This document shows, in pieces, positions 8,763-18,919 of a stretch of 33,429 bases of DNA. The translations under genes were made by a program, and so were the position numbers. Position 1 is the first letter of the stretch. Each line of letters starts with the position of its first letter. The notes under the pieces are model-generated. The model made no database searches, was not told where the DNA came from, and worked only from the letters and a program-made list of their open reading frames with translations. Where the stretch lies: positions 1-33,429 of the forward strand of contig JAQBYT010000042.1 in the NCBI GenBank assembly GCA_027622665.1. Direction: 5' to 3'. Source of the DNA: Verrucomicrobiota bacterium. Its GTDB lineage: Bacteria > Verrucomicrobiota > Verrucomicrobiia > Opitutales > Seribacteraceae.

Positions 8763-10163
8763 ATGACGCGTAAGGCTTCACCGAAGCGGAAACCCGCAAG
8801 AACCTCGAAAGGCTCCCTTTCGGAAGGCTTGCTTGTGCGGTTGCGATCGTCTTTCGAGATGAACGAAATCGACCGAGCTCGTTTCAATGCGATCACCCAT
8901 TCCGATCTCAACCAGATCGCCCTCAGCCACAAACTCAATGGTAAGGATGACGGGCATTTCAGCCACAAGGTCACAACCAAAGGGATTACCAATCAAAAAA
9001 CGGCCGGGCTCTGTTGGCTCCATGCCTCGCTCAACCTTCTGCGACCACGGGTGATCAATAACCTGGGCTTGGAAAACTTCGAATTCTCCACCGCCTACCT
9101 TCAATTCTGGGACCTTTTGGAAAAAGGGAACCGTTACCTCGAAGGCGTAATCGAGCTCCGGAACGCAGACCCACTCGATCGCATGTGGAAAATCCTCAAC
9201 CAGTGGATGATTGCCGGGGACGGGGGATGGTGGGGATACGCAAAGGCGCTGATCGAGAAATACGGGTTGGTTCCCAGTTCCGTAATGCCCGAGACCCGGA
9301 ACAACAAGGACACGAGAGTCATGAGTAAGGTGTTGGCCGAGCTTCTTCGCTCCAAGGCTGCTGAAATCCTGAGAGCAAATGACAAGGGATCCGAAGAAAC
9401 CGACTTAAGAAAAATCAAGGAGGCAGCCATGGAGGATGTTTATCGATTCCTCAGCCTTAACCTTGGGGTTCCGCCCACTGAATTCGAGTGGCGCCACCAG
9501 AAGGAGAGAAAAGAAAAGAAAACGGCCAAAGCAAAGGTAGGCGTAAAACAGGACCGCCTAACTGCGTGGAAGAAATACACCCCGCAAAGCTTTTTCAAGG
9601 AAACGGTCGGTCTTGAGCTTTCCGATTACTTCTGTCTTTACCATACCCCCGACAGGCCCTTTGACAAGCATTACGTCTTCGATGAGCAATACTGTACCGT
9701 GGGCACGGATGAAATGAATTTCGTGAACTTAGAGATCGAGCCGATCAAAAAGATTTGCCTCAAGGCGATTCTGGCCGATGAACCGATTCCGTTCGGAGTG
9801 GACATGGGAATCGATCAATCCACCAAGCACGGGCTGATGGAACACAAACTCTTTGACTATGAAGCCTTGTTTGGGATCAAGATGGAATTGTCAAAGTCAG
9901 AACGCAAGCGCCTGTGTGCTCCGAGGGCCGGTCACATGATGGCGATCATCGGTGCCGACCTCAAAAAGGGAGTTACCAAAAAATGGCTGATCGAGAACAG
10001 CTGGGGAGACGACAAGGGCAAAAAGGGACTTTGGACCCTCTACGATTCATGGTTCGACGAACACGTCGACCACGTCATCGTTCACAAGAGACACATTCCC
10101 GCCAAAACCCTCAAGATCTTCCGGGAAAAAGCCGAAAGACTACCCATTTGGTACTGGGACTAG
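8763..10163 (+). CDS. pepC: Aminopeptidase C / bleomycin hydrolase (peptidase C1B)
   Basis: ITNQKTAGLCW (oxyanion Gln and catalytic Cys), DGGWW, GHMMAIIG (His), IENSWG (Asn), ends LPIWYWD. Confidence 0.88.
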   Translation: MTRKASPKRKPARTSKGSLSEGLLVRLRSSFEMNEIDRARFNAITHSDLNQIALSHKLNGKDDGHFSHKVTTKGITNQKTAGLCWLHASLNLLRPRVINNLGLENFEFSTAYLQFWDLLEKGNRYLEGVIELRNADPLDRMWKILNQWMIAGDGGWWGYAKALIEKYGLVPSSVMPETRNNKDTRVMSKVLAELLRSKAAEILRANDKGSEETDLRKIKEAAMEDVYRFLSLNLGVPPTEFEWRHQKERKEKKTAKAKVGVKQDRLTAWKKYTPQSFFKETVGLELSDYFCLYHTPDRPFDKHYVFDEQYCTVGTDEMNFVNLEIEPIKKICLKAILADEPIPFGVDMGIDQSTKHGLMEHKLFDYEALFGIKMELSKSERKRLCAPRAGHMMAIIGADLKKGVTKKWLIENSWGDDKGKKGLWTLYDSWFDEHVDHVIVHKRHIPAKTLKIFREKAERLPIWYWD

Positions 10164-10229
10164 TGGAAAAAAGGTTTCCGATCTACGAGAGAGGGACTTA
10201 AGCTTCGTAGTGAAAAATTTCGCAATGAC

Positions 10230-11021
10230 CTAGACGATATCCGAAGCCGAAACGTTTTCTTCAAGGTGGGAGATCGAAGTAGTGCCCGGAATGACAATAA
10301 TGTTTGATGCGCGCCCAAGTAACCACGCCAAGGATTCTCGGGCTGGCAGCGGAGCCCCGTGCTCCATCGGTTGTGCCCCGAGGGGCCCCCAAGGCAGGTA
10401 GGCTATCCCCTTTTCATTCGTGTAATCGACCATGACATCGTCTTCGTGCTCAGCTTGATTGAAACGATTCTGCACGGACACGATAGAGGTTACCGAAAGA
10501 GCCTGATCAAGTTCCTCACGATTGACGTTGGACAAACCGATGAAACGAATCTTTCCTTCTTTGCGAGCAGTCTCCAGAGCACCGATTGAATCCTCGAGCG
10601 GAACCTCAGGATCGATCCGGTGCAATTGAAAGAGGTCGATGCAATCAGTCTTCAGGTTTTTCAAGGCCGTCTCCACTTGCATGCGCAAAGTTTTCGGTGA
10701 ACCGTCCACTACAATCCGTCCGGGAGCAGGTTTATCGACCCCTCCTTTGGTCGTGATAAAGACATCTTCGGGATAAGGATGAAGGGCATCGGCAATTAGC
10801 TTGTCCGCCCACTCGGGTCCATAAGCATACGCAGAGTCAAAAAATTGCACACCCAGCTCGACAGCCCTCTTCAAGAGTGCCTTGCCTTCTTCCCATTGAG
10901 CATATGGTCCGAAGTTGCCCGGTTGACCAGTTAGACGCATGGCGCCGTAACCCATGCGGTTTACGATGGATTCGCCTCCGATGGCAAAGGTCTGTGATCG
11001 CTTGGTTTCGTTACTCATCAA
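10230..11021 (-). CDS. Aldo/keto reductase (YdbC/pyridoxine-dehydrogenase-like)
   Basis: RMGYGAMRLTG, FDSAYAYG, ITTKGG, IDLFQLHRID, GKIRFIGLSNV, SVQNRFN, IPGTTSISHLEENV. Confidence 0.9.
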   Translation of the reverse strand: MMSNETKRSQTFAIGGESIVNRMGYGAMRLTGQPGNFGPYAQWEEGKALLKRAVELGVQFFDSAYAYGPEWADKLIADALHPYPEDVFITTKGGVDKPAPGRIVVDGSPKTLRMQVETALKNLKTDCIDLFQLHRIDPEVPLEDSIGALETARKEGKIRFIGLSNVNREELDQALSVTSIVSVQNRFNQAEHEDDVMVDYTNEKGIAYLPWGPLGAQPMEHGAPLPARESLAWLLGRASNIIVIPGTTSISHLEENVSASDIV

Positions 11022-11166
11022 TACAAAGAGCTGAAAATTAAAAACGAATCCGCCGTCTAGTTGTCATTTGAGCGATGAAAACATCGTTACCTTCAAGCAA
11101 TAAAATTTTCTCTTGTGAACAGTTTCTAATTGGCTGCCTACATAGAGTGGGAATAAGTTAAAGTCA

Positions 11167-13443
11167 ATGAAGCCAATACACATGATGCTACTGGCCATGA
11201 GCCTGCAAGTATCGTTGATTGGGGCAGTCAAAGAACCGTCGCCCGACGGCTATTTCGTGGACGAGGTATGGGGCAAGGTGGGTGAACTCTCCTGTCTAAA
11301 ATGTCACAACAGCTCGGGCGAGGCGGAGGACAGTCGATTCATCCTTCGGGAAACGATCCTCCTGAAGGGAACGGACCTGCAGAATGCCCATGATGCCAAT
11401 TTCAAGGTCTTCGAAAAAATGGCCCGGATGCGTAAAGCGGGACAACAAGCCCGGTTGCTCTTGAAACCGGTTGGTGAATTGGATCATGAAGGTGAAGAAG
11501 TTCTGGAACCCAAATCGACCGGATACCGCATACTGGAAGGATTCGTCAGCCGAATGGAAGGTAAAGACGTCGCCGAGGCACCCAAGGTAAAATATACACC
11601 GCCATCGTTCTTCGACGGCGTGACCATGCTGGACGATCGACGTTTGCTGCGCCGCCTCACGCTGTCCTTGGCGGGACGTTTGCCGAACGCGACCGAGTTC
11701 AAGGTAATTGAAAAAAAAGGATTGGTCGGCACGAACGAAATCCTCGACCAACTGATGACTGAAGACGCCTTTTACGAGCGCCTCAAGGAAGGCTTCAACG
11801 ATATCTTCCTGACCAATGGCTACGATGGCAACGGGGAGTTGGTCTTGTCCTATGATCATTTCGAGAAGACTCGCCTGTGGTACCAAAAACATGACCTAAG
11901 CCACATAGAGGATAAGAAGGAGCGACAAGAGGCGCTTTGGGACTTGGCGCGCGTCTACCGCAAGGCGATCCGCGGCGAACCGCTCGAGTTGATCGCTCAC
12001 GTGGTGCGGAACGATAAACCGTTCACCGAGATCATCACCGCCGACTACATCATGGTTTCCCCGTACTCGGCCAAGGGCTACGGCATTTTCGAGCAGGTAA
12101 AGGACCGCTTCAAGGATCTCGATAATCCCTTCGATTACGTTCCGGCCAAGCTGCCGGCGCTAAAGGCCAGAAACGGCAAGGTTCAGGAATCGAAAACGGG
12201 GTTATATCCCCACGCCGGCCTCCTCAGCATGTTTCACTACTTGCGCCGCTACCCCACCACGGAAACCAACCGCAATCGCCTGCGGGCCCGCATGTACTAC
12301 CGGCACTTCCTTGGCATCGACGTAATGGAGTTGGCGGACCAAGTCTCGGACGCCGCAGCGATCGATGCAAAGTACGAGACCCCATGGATGGAAGCAGCGG
12401 ATTGCGTGGTCTGTCACCGCACCATCGACCCCGTGGCTGGTTTATTTCAGGATTTCTACAACGAGGAAGGCCACTATGGGCCTCGCAAGGACGGTTGGTT
12501 CGAGGACATGTTTGTTTCCGGACTGGAGGGCGAGGATTTGCCAAAGAAAGAAAAATGGCGGTCCCTGCAGTGGCTCGCCTCCCGCACCGCAAAGGACCCA
12601 CGGTTCGCCATCGCGATGACTGAACACGTCTGGTACCTCCTGAGCGGTCGCAAGGTGTTGCGCTCGCCGCAAGACATCGAGGATCCACTCTTCACGCCAC
12701 GTCGCCGTGCCTACCAAATGCAGCGCCGCGAGATCGCAACCGTCGGGAAACGCTTCGCCGAGGCGAGCTTCAATCTCAAACTGGTCTTCAAGGAACTCGC
12801 AAAGTCACCCTTCTACCGAGCCGATGGTCTAAGCGCGGTGGTTACGCATCCTCATCGCAAGGCAGAGCTTCACGACCTTGGAGTGGCCCGCTTGCTGGCT
12901 CCCGAGCAACTGGAGCGCAAGATCGAGGCGCTTTTCGGGACCCGCTGGGGAAAAGTGGAAAAGGAGATGAAGATTCTCTATGGTGGCATCGACTCAAAGT
13001 CCGTCACCGAGCGACTGACCGAGCCCAGCGGCGCCATGGGCGCAATCCAGCGGATCATGGCCAACGACGTCTCCTGTCGACACGTCGCCGCCGATTTTGC
13101 CCTCGAACCAGCCAAGCGACGTCTGTTCCCCCATGTGGAAAAAGACGTCGTGCCGGGATCCGACCCAACCGCTGACGCTAAAATCCTCAAGACAATCGTT
13201 CATCTCCACGAGTATCTTCTGGACAGTCGCGAGACAGTCGATCACCCGGAGGTCGAACGTACCTTCCAGTTGTTCGCCGCGGTGGTGGCAGAAGCGAAGA
13301 AACATAATGAAATCGATAAGCGGGACACCTATCATTGCGGCCGCATCGATGGCAAACGGGTCGATGATCAGCATTACACCCAGCGCGGTTGGCGGACCGT
13401 GGTGACCTACCTTCTACGACAACCTGAATTCCTCTACGAATAA
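11167..13443 (+). CDS. Secreted planctomycete-type cytochrome-c-like protein with two CxxCH motifs
   Basis: 758 aa. Signal peptide; CLKCH and CVVCH; LRRLTLSLAGRLP; HAGLLS; RNRLRAR; ends PEFLYE; directly upstream of a DUF1501-like gene. Confidence 0.8.
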   Translation: MKPIHMMLLAMSLQVSLIGAVKEPSPDGYFVDEVWGKVGELSCLKCHNSSGEAEDSRFILRETILLKGTDLQNAHDANFKVFEKMARMRKAGQQARLLLKPVGELDHEGEEVLEPKSTGYRILEGFVSRMEGKDVAEAPKVKYTPPSFFDGVTMLDDRRLLRRLTLSLAGRLPNATEFKVIEKKGLVGTNEILDQLMTEDAFYERLKEGFNDIFLTNGYDGNGELVLSYDHFEKTRLWYQKHDLSHIEDKKERQEALWDLARVYRKAIRGEPLELIAHVVRNDKPFTEIITADYIMVSPYSAKGYGIFEQVKDRFKDLDNPFDYVPAKLPALKARNGKVQESKTGLYPHAGLLSMFHYLRRYPTTETNRNRLRARMYYRHFLGIDVMELADQVSDAAAIDAKYETPWMEAADCVVCHRTIDPVAGLFQDFYNEEGHYGPRKDGWFEDMFVSGLEGEDLPKKEKWRSLQWLASRTAKDPRFAIAMTEHVWYLLSGRKVLRSPQDIEDPLFTPRRRAYQMQRREIATVGKRFAEASFNLKLVFKELAKSPFYRADGLSAVVTHPHRKAELHDLGVARLLAPEQLERKIEALFGTRWGKVEKEMKILYGGIDSKSVTERLTEPSGAMGAIQRIMANDVSCRHVAADFALEPAKRRLFPHVEKDVVPGSDPTADAKILKTIVHLHEYLLDSRETVDHPEVERTFQLFAAVVAEAKKHNEIDKRDTYHCGRIDGKRVDDQHYTQRGWRTVVTYLLRQPEFLYE

Positions 13444-13453
13444 CGACCCGACC

Positions 13454-14737
13454 ATGAGACGCGACTTTCTCAAATTTTGCGGTCAAGCGGGCCTCGGCTT
13501 GGCCGTGCCCGTGGGATGGCCGACCTTGCTGCAAGGGAAATCCAAGGAACCCGACCCGTACGAGGGCCCATATTACATCGTATTCAATGCATCCGGTGGC
13601 TGGGACACCACCTACCTCATGGATCCGAAAGGGGTCAACGGGATCAACCGCTTGTACAAGGAAGGCGACATCGTGACCCACGGTAAGCACAAGTTCTCAC
13701 CGACTGCAAAGCAGGTCGAGAAAGGCATGAGTAACGAGGATTTTTACAAGGCCTACGGCGACGAGTTGCTTGTACTCAACGGCCTCGACTACTCGGTCAA
13801 CAATCATTCACCTTGCTCCCGCTACATGGCCACCGGCAAACTCGACAGCTTGGCCTACCCGACCTTCGCCGCCCTCGTCGCCGCCTGTCGTGCCCCCAAA
13901 GCTCCGCTGGCGTTTCTCACATTCGGCAACTACTCGTCCACCGGCAACTTGGTGCCGATGGCAAGAATCCCTTACCTGCCGTCGCTCAAATTGATTGCAA
14001 ACGCAGACTCGATCGACGGGATTGCCCAAAATCTCTACCATGATGATTTCGCCCTCGACCTGATTGAGAGCACCTTGAACGAAAAGACCGAGGCATCCAT
14101 GGGCAAGGCCCGACTGCCTCGGGCCGAGCAAGCCCAGAGCATGCTCTACGCCGCCCAGTCGAACTCAAAGGCGCTGAAGCGAGTGACCCCTTACATATCC
14201 AAGGATATTCCCAAGCAACGATTGTCGCAACAAGCAGAGATCGCGTTGTCCTGCTTCAAGGGAGGGGTCTGCGTATCGGCCAATATCTCGATTGGCCAGT
14301 TCGACAGTCACGCCAACAATGACCCCGACCAAATGAAACTGATCCCCGAGTTCCTCGCCGGAATCGACTACCTTGTCAAGCGCTCCGAGGAGCTGAAAAT
14401 TCGGGACAAACTGGTCATTGTGATACAAAGTGAGATGGGGCGCACACCCCACTACAACAAGGGAAACGGAAAGGATCACTGGTCTATCGGCTCTATCATG
14501 TTCATGGGGAACGGCATCCGGGGAAATCGTGTCGTCGGAGCAACCGATGAAAAGCAATTCCTCGTGCCAATTGCCCCCAAGTCACTCTCCATCGACGAGG
14601 AAAAAGGGATACGCACACGACCGGAACATATCCATCGCGCCCTGCGTGAACTAGCTGGGATCGAGAACCATCCATTCAGCAAGAAATTCCCGATGAAGAT
14701 CCCTGAAGGCGAGAGGCTCCAAGGCCTCTTTGCATAG
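13454..14737 (+). CDS. DUF1501 family protein, Tat substrate
   Basis: MRRDFLK twin-arginine signal; SGGWDT, FDSH, SEMGRTP, GKDHW, GNRVVGATD. Starts 10 nt after the upstream stop. Confidence 0.85.
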   Translation: MRRDFLKFCGQAGLGLAVPVGWPTLLQGKSKEPDPYEGPYYIVFNASGGWDTTYLMDPKGVNGINRLYKEGDIVTHGKHKFSPTAKQVEKGMSNEDFYKAYGDELLVLNGLDYSVNNHSPCSRYMATGKLDSLAYPTFAALVAACRAPKAPLAFLTFGNYSSTGNLVPMARIPYLPSLKLIANADSIDGIAQNLYHDDFALDLIESTLNEKTEASMGKARLPRAEQAQSMLYAAQSNSKALKRVTPYISKDIPKQRLSQQAEIALSCFKGGVCVSANISIGQFDSHANNDPDQMKLIPEFLAGIDYLVKRSEELKIRDKLVIVIQSEMGRTPHYNKGNGKDHWSIGSIMFMGNGIRGNRVVGATDEKQFLVPIAPKSLSIDEEKGIRTRPEHIHRALRELAGIENHPFSKKFPMKIPEGERLQGLFA

Positions 14738-14765
14738 AAGTCAGATTACTCGATCGAACATACGC

Positions 14766-15392
14766 TCAAGGCTTCTTGGCGGACAGTTCCTTGATCGTGA
14801 TTTTCTTGAACTTGACCGGTGCTCCGTGCCCGCAGAAACAAAGATGTCCACTACGACGCTGGGCTCCCTTGTGCTTGGGCTTCTTCTTGTTCAGTTCATC
14901 CAAGTTGGCATCCAAGATAACGACTCCGTTTAGTTCTACCTTCACAAGCGGACCATCGACGGTCACCTTTTCGTGGTTCCATTCGCCGACCGGCTTGAGA
15001 TGACCACGCTTGGCCGCTTGCAAAGTGTAGAGGGAACCATGAAATTGGTAGTCCTTGAGTTTGGCGTACCTGGGGTGACTGTTGTCGAGAATCTGAAGTT
15101 CCATGCCCGAATAAGCCGCATCGCCGGAACCCGGATAATGAATGCCCAGACCATTGTTGCCTCCGGGAGGCAGCAGGAAATCGAACTCGAAGATGTAATT
15201 CGTATACTGCTTTTCCGTGACGAGGTTACCCCCTTTGCAAACGAGGACGCCGTCCTCGACCACATATTCGGCTTTCTTCCAACCAGTGAGGTCCTTGCCG
15301 TTGAAGAGGGAGACGGCTTCCTTGCCTTGAGAGAAGATGAAAGATGCGAGAAAGGATACAAGAAGAAGTTTAGTTTTCATGGCAGGTGTCAT
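14766..15392 (-). CDS. DUF1080 (3-keto-disaccharide hydrolase-like) secreted protein
   Basis: SLFNGKDLTGW, GGNNGLGIH, ELQILD, GSLY, GEWN, FCGHG. Signal peptide from MKTKLLL (alternative ATG at 15380). Confidence 0.9.
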   Translation of the reverse strand: MTPAMKTKLLLVSFLASFIFSQGKEAVSLFNGKDLTGWKKAEYVVEDGVLVCKGGNLVTEKQYTNYIFEFDFLLPPGGNNGLGIHYPGSGDAAYSGMELQILDNSHPRYAKLKDYQFHGSLYTLQAAKRGHLKPVGEWNHEKVTVDGPLVKVELNGVVILDANLDELNKKKPKHKGAQRRSGHLCFCGHGAPVKFKKITIKELSAKKP

Positions 15393-16020
15393 TTTTTGTT
15401 GGGAAGAGGTTTTGTCTTGGGAGGTGTTTTCTTTTTCGGTGAATTCTTAAGGAAGTCAAGGCGACGGGCGAGGAATTGGTGAGATATTTCCACGGCTTCC
15501 TTGCGGTTTTCCTCATCGTAGTCCCAAAAGGCCTGCACCACTTTCTCGGTCTCGGGAAAATCACGTCCGTCGTCTCCAATGCGTTTGCGCAGGGCAGCCA
15601 AGCGATACTTCAGATCCGATACAACCGCGGCGTATTCCGGGTTATCGTACTGGTTGACGGTCTCGAAACGATCCTTAATCAGGGCGTACAGTTCCCAAGC
15701 CGGCGGCGTACGATTGCCTCCCTTATAGTCGGCTCCGTAATAATAGATAAGCTTGTGTTCCTTGGTGCGGATGCCGACATGCCCCGGATTGTCGTGGTGG
15801 GACATGTGCATCCAGTAGCGATAATACGCCTCCTGCTGCCAACCGCGAGGTTCCTTGCCGGTCTCGCAAATCGTCTTAAAGCTATGGCCCTGCATGTAGC
15901 CGGGGGTATTGACCCGGCGAAGGCGAGCATGGTGGGAGCAAAGTCGACGTTGCTCACGATGGCGTCGGTCCGACTGCCCGCCTTAATTATCTTAGGATAA
16001 CGGACGAGAAGCGGTGGACG
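15389..16020 (-). pseudogene. 5'-truncated, frameshifted sulfatase remnant (C-terminal part only)
   Basis: Reads RPPLLVRYPKIIKAGSRTDAIVSNVDFAPTMLAFAG, then shifts frame at about 15914 (one extra G gives GVNTPGYMQGHSF...YYRYWMH...GIRT...WELY). No N-terminal DD or CxPxR region; begins about 20 nt after the next gene's stop. Confidence 0.85.
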
Positions 16021-16038
16021 GTGATAAGACCAAGCCTC

Positions 16039-17523
16039 TCAATCCTCGATCCCCGGGATGGGGTCGTCGGGACGGATCTCATCACCTTGCCAGATCACCT
16101 TTCCATTCTCGTTTCGAGTAAGAATTCGATGGGCGCTTCCGGAAGCCGGCTTTCGATTTACCTTTGGAAGAAAAGCTTGGTGTTCCTTAATAACGCCGGC
16201 GTACTTTGAATCCTTGGCGAGATTGTGCCACTCGTTGGGATCCTTTCGCATGTCGTAGAGTTCTTGGGAACCATCTGCATATTGGATGAAACTCCAATGT
16301 TCCGAACGAACACCGTGATTGTCATGATTATGCGTGGTGATGGCCGGCCACTTGCGAGGAGCCGCCGCATTCTCAAGCTGGGGAACAAGGCTATGCCCCT
16401 CCAGTTTTTCGTTTTTAGGCAAACCGCAAAGCTCAAGCAGTGTTGGATAAATATCCAGTAACTCAGCAGGCTTTCCGCAAAGTTGACGAGGTTTCACGCC
16501 GGGACCGGCAAAAACGAGAGGAACGCGAGCCCCGTCATCCCAAAGAGTGTTCTTCCCCGTAATGTTTTTCTCTCCGAGATGCCAACCGTGATCACTCCAG
16601 AGAACGACGATCGTGTTCTTCTCAAAGCCATTGCTCTTAAGGGCAGCGAGAACGCGCCCGACTTGCGAATCAACGAAACTAGTGCAGGCAAGATACGAGC
16701 GAACTAGATTCCGCCACTGACCGACTTCCTCCAACCACTTTCGTCGAACCTCGGGCAAGTACCAGTGGAGATACCATGAGGAACGAGGAGTGTCGGCTCG
16801 ATCCTTTCGAAGAATCACAGGCAGGACGGAATCGTCGTCAGGATAAAGATCAAACCATTTTTGAGTCGCGTAACACGGAACGTGGGGGAGGAAAAAACCA
16901 ACTGACAGGAAGAAAGGCTTTTGGGGTTTGGCATCGAGTTGCTCAATCGCCCAAGAGGCAACCTTCCAATCCCCCTTGTCTTCGTCCTTGTGCGGGAAAG
17001 TGCCCCAGTCGACGAGCTTGTGATTACCGAAAGGAGTGGTGACTAGCTTCTTTTGCGGAAAGGGGCGACCACTGGCTCCGGGTCCGAGGACGTCAAACTC
17101 CCTATCCGTTTTCTTGCGACCATAACCGCCATGATAAATCTTACCGGTGGAGTAAGTAGTATAACCGCCATGCTTCTTAAGATATTGCGGCAAAGTCACG
17201 TGATCCTTCAACTCGGGTAGAGTTCGAAACCATGGAGCAAGGCCATACACGCCGGTGGTGGAAGGGCGCAACCCCGTCATCAGGCTAGTTCTGGAAGGAT
17301 TGCAGAGAGGAGACTGGCAATGGGCATTAGTGAAGGCAGTCCCGCGGGTCGCCAATCTGTCGATGTGCGGAGTTTTCACCATGGGATGGCCTCCTAGATA
17401 ACCGATCCAGTCGTTCTGATCGTCAATGGCGATGAACAAAATGTTAGACTTAGCGTCCGAGCCAAAGGTGGGAATGGCAAGAAAAGAGAAGAGGGCGAGA
17501 AAGAAAAAAATATGCATAACCAA
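16039..17523 (-). CDS. Sulfatase, iduronate-2-sulfatase/choline-sulfatase-like (Cys-type)
   Basis: Signal peptide; NILFIAIDD; CNPSRTSLMTG; GKIYH; PHVP; WSDHGWHLGEK. Confidence 0.92.
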   Translation of the reverse strand: MVMHIFFFLALFSFLAIPTFGSDAKSNILFIAIDDQNDWIGYLGGHPMVKTPHIDRLATRGTAFTNAHCQSPLCNPSRTSLMTGLRPSTTGVYGLAPWFRTLPELKDHVTLPQYLKKHGGYTTYSTGKIYHGGYGRKKTDREFDVLGPGASGRPFPQKKLVTTPFGNHKLVDWGTFPHKDEDKGDWKVASWAIEQLDAKPQKPFFLSVGFFLPHVPCYATQKWFDLYPDDDSVLPVILRKDRADTPRSSWYLHWYLPEVRRKWLEEVGQWRNLVRSYLACTSFVDSQVGRVLAALKSNGFEKNTIVVLWSDHGWHLGEKNITGKNTLWDDGARVPLVFAGPGVKPRQLCGKPAELLDIYPTLLELCGLPKNEKLEGHSLVPQLENAAAPRKWPAITTHNHDNHGVRSEHWSFIQYADGSQELYDMRKDPNEWHNLAKDSKYAGVIKEHQAFLPKVNRKPASGSAHRILTRNENGKVIWQGDEIRPDDPIPGIED

Positions 17524-17729
17524 GAAGTAGCATCTAACCCCTAAATTTCAAGAAATAGATTGTAAGCTTTTCGCATTTGCATTTTTCAGAAAAAACTGCA
17601 TATTTACTTTTTTATCGTTCTATCCTGAAACAAACCTCGAATACTTAGGTAGCCCCCAAAGGCATCCTCGTAATCACAGTTTGCTACAAGATGAGCGTTT
17701 TCTAGAAACACGAGATAAGACAGAATAAA

Positions 17730-18014
17730 ATGGAAATATACGTAGGAAACCTCGCATGGTCAGCCTCTGAACAAGATATATCCGCTGCATTTGGTGCACA
17801 CGGAGATGTTGAGAAAGCAACCATAATAGTAGACCGTGACTCGGGCCGATCAAAAGGATTCGCCTTTGTCACAATGAATGACGACGATCAAGCAAAAACC
17901 GCTATCGACGCCCTCAACGGCACCGATATGGGTGGACGCGCACTGAAGGTTAATGAAGCTCGTCCTCGAGAAGAGCGCCCCCGTCGCGACGGGCCACGTA
18001 ACGACAGTTGGTAA
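17730..18014 (+). CDS. RRM (RNP-1) RNA-binding protein
   Basis: RNP2 IYVGNL; RNP1 KGFAFVTM; DRDSGRS; GRALKVNEARPRE. Confidence 0.95.
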   Translation: MEIYVGNLAWSASEQDISAAFGAHGDVEKATIIVDRDSGRSKGFAFVTMNDDDQAKTAIDALNGTDMGGRALKVNEARPREERPRRDGPRNDSW

Positions 18015-18064
18015 ATCGTTCAACCTCCAGACATTGCTGAGCAAATTCAGCAATAATAATCAGC

Positions 18065-18097
18065 AAGAACTTCCCGCTGAATTGCGGAAAGTTCTTT
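18065..18097. terminator. Probable bidirectional hairpin terminator between convergent genes
   Basis: AAGAACTT-C-CCGC-(TGAATT)-GCGG-A-AAGTTCTT stem-loop, followed by T. Confidence 0.55.
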
Positions 18098-18118
18098 CTG
18101 GTGTCTGGATGAGATTGC

Positions 18119-18919
18119 TTACATGGGAGCAATACGACGAGAACCGACATCAGTAGTCAGAAGAACATGGGCATCAAAACTACGGGCTAACAATTCATTC
18201 TTGATTTGGGTTTCCGTCGGAACATCCCACAAGTTATTGTGTTCCCACGGATCGATTTCCAAATCGTAAAGCTCACCGACCCCCTTCCCGTGATATACAC
18301 ATAACTTGTACCGCTCGTCTCGAAACATTGTAGCGAAAGTTCCCCCTCCCCCCGTAAAGTGAGGATCGAGGGCATCGAAATATTCACTGCGAACAAAATC
18401 TCTGTGATGATTCGCATTCGCCTCTCCCGTTAAGATTGGCAACAGGCTTCTACCCTGAAGATAATCAGGTTGGTCCGCCTCAGTAAGATCAAGCAATGTT
18501 GCCGTAAGGTCGAGCAACTCGACCAAAGCACGGCTTTGGAGTGAACCAAGAAAACGGTTGGGACATGAAAAGATTAGCGGCACCCGAACGAGACCCTCAT
18601 AAAAACGGCACCCCTTGAACATAAGACCATGGTCCCCGAGACTTTCTCCATGGTCGCTGGTAAAGACGATTACGGTATTCTCTATTTCCCCCGTAGCCTC
18701 GAGAAAACTCAAGATGCGAGCGAATTGATCGTCGATCCGAGCGATCATCGCATAATAGAGAGCTTGGTTATGCTTGGCATCGTGCTCATCAGGCGTTCTG
18801 ACTTCATCCTGAAAATCGCACAGGTCAAGCTTCTCCTGAGTAATGATGTCACTCGGGCGAAAGTGCGGACCCGGCATGGAAGCAGGATCAAATAGATCGG
18901 CATAGCTCTTGGGAGGCAC
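18119..18919 (-). pseudogene. C-terminal half of a sulfatase lacking the catalytic N-terminus
   Basis: PPKSYADLFD, YYAMIARIDDQ, FTSDHGESLGDHGL, VRVPLI, ELYDL. No DD or CxPxR motif; joined directly to the TctC/TM sequence upstream. Confidence 0.82.

Noticed and set aside
18119..18919. Intact 266-aa sulfatase
   Set aside because: Lacks the metal-binding DD and CxPxR motifs; the GTG start is created at the junction.
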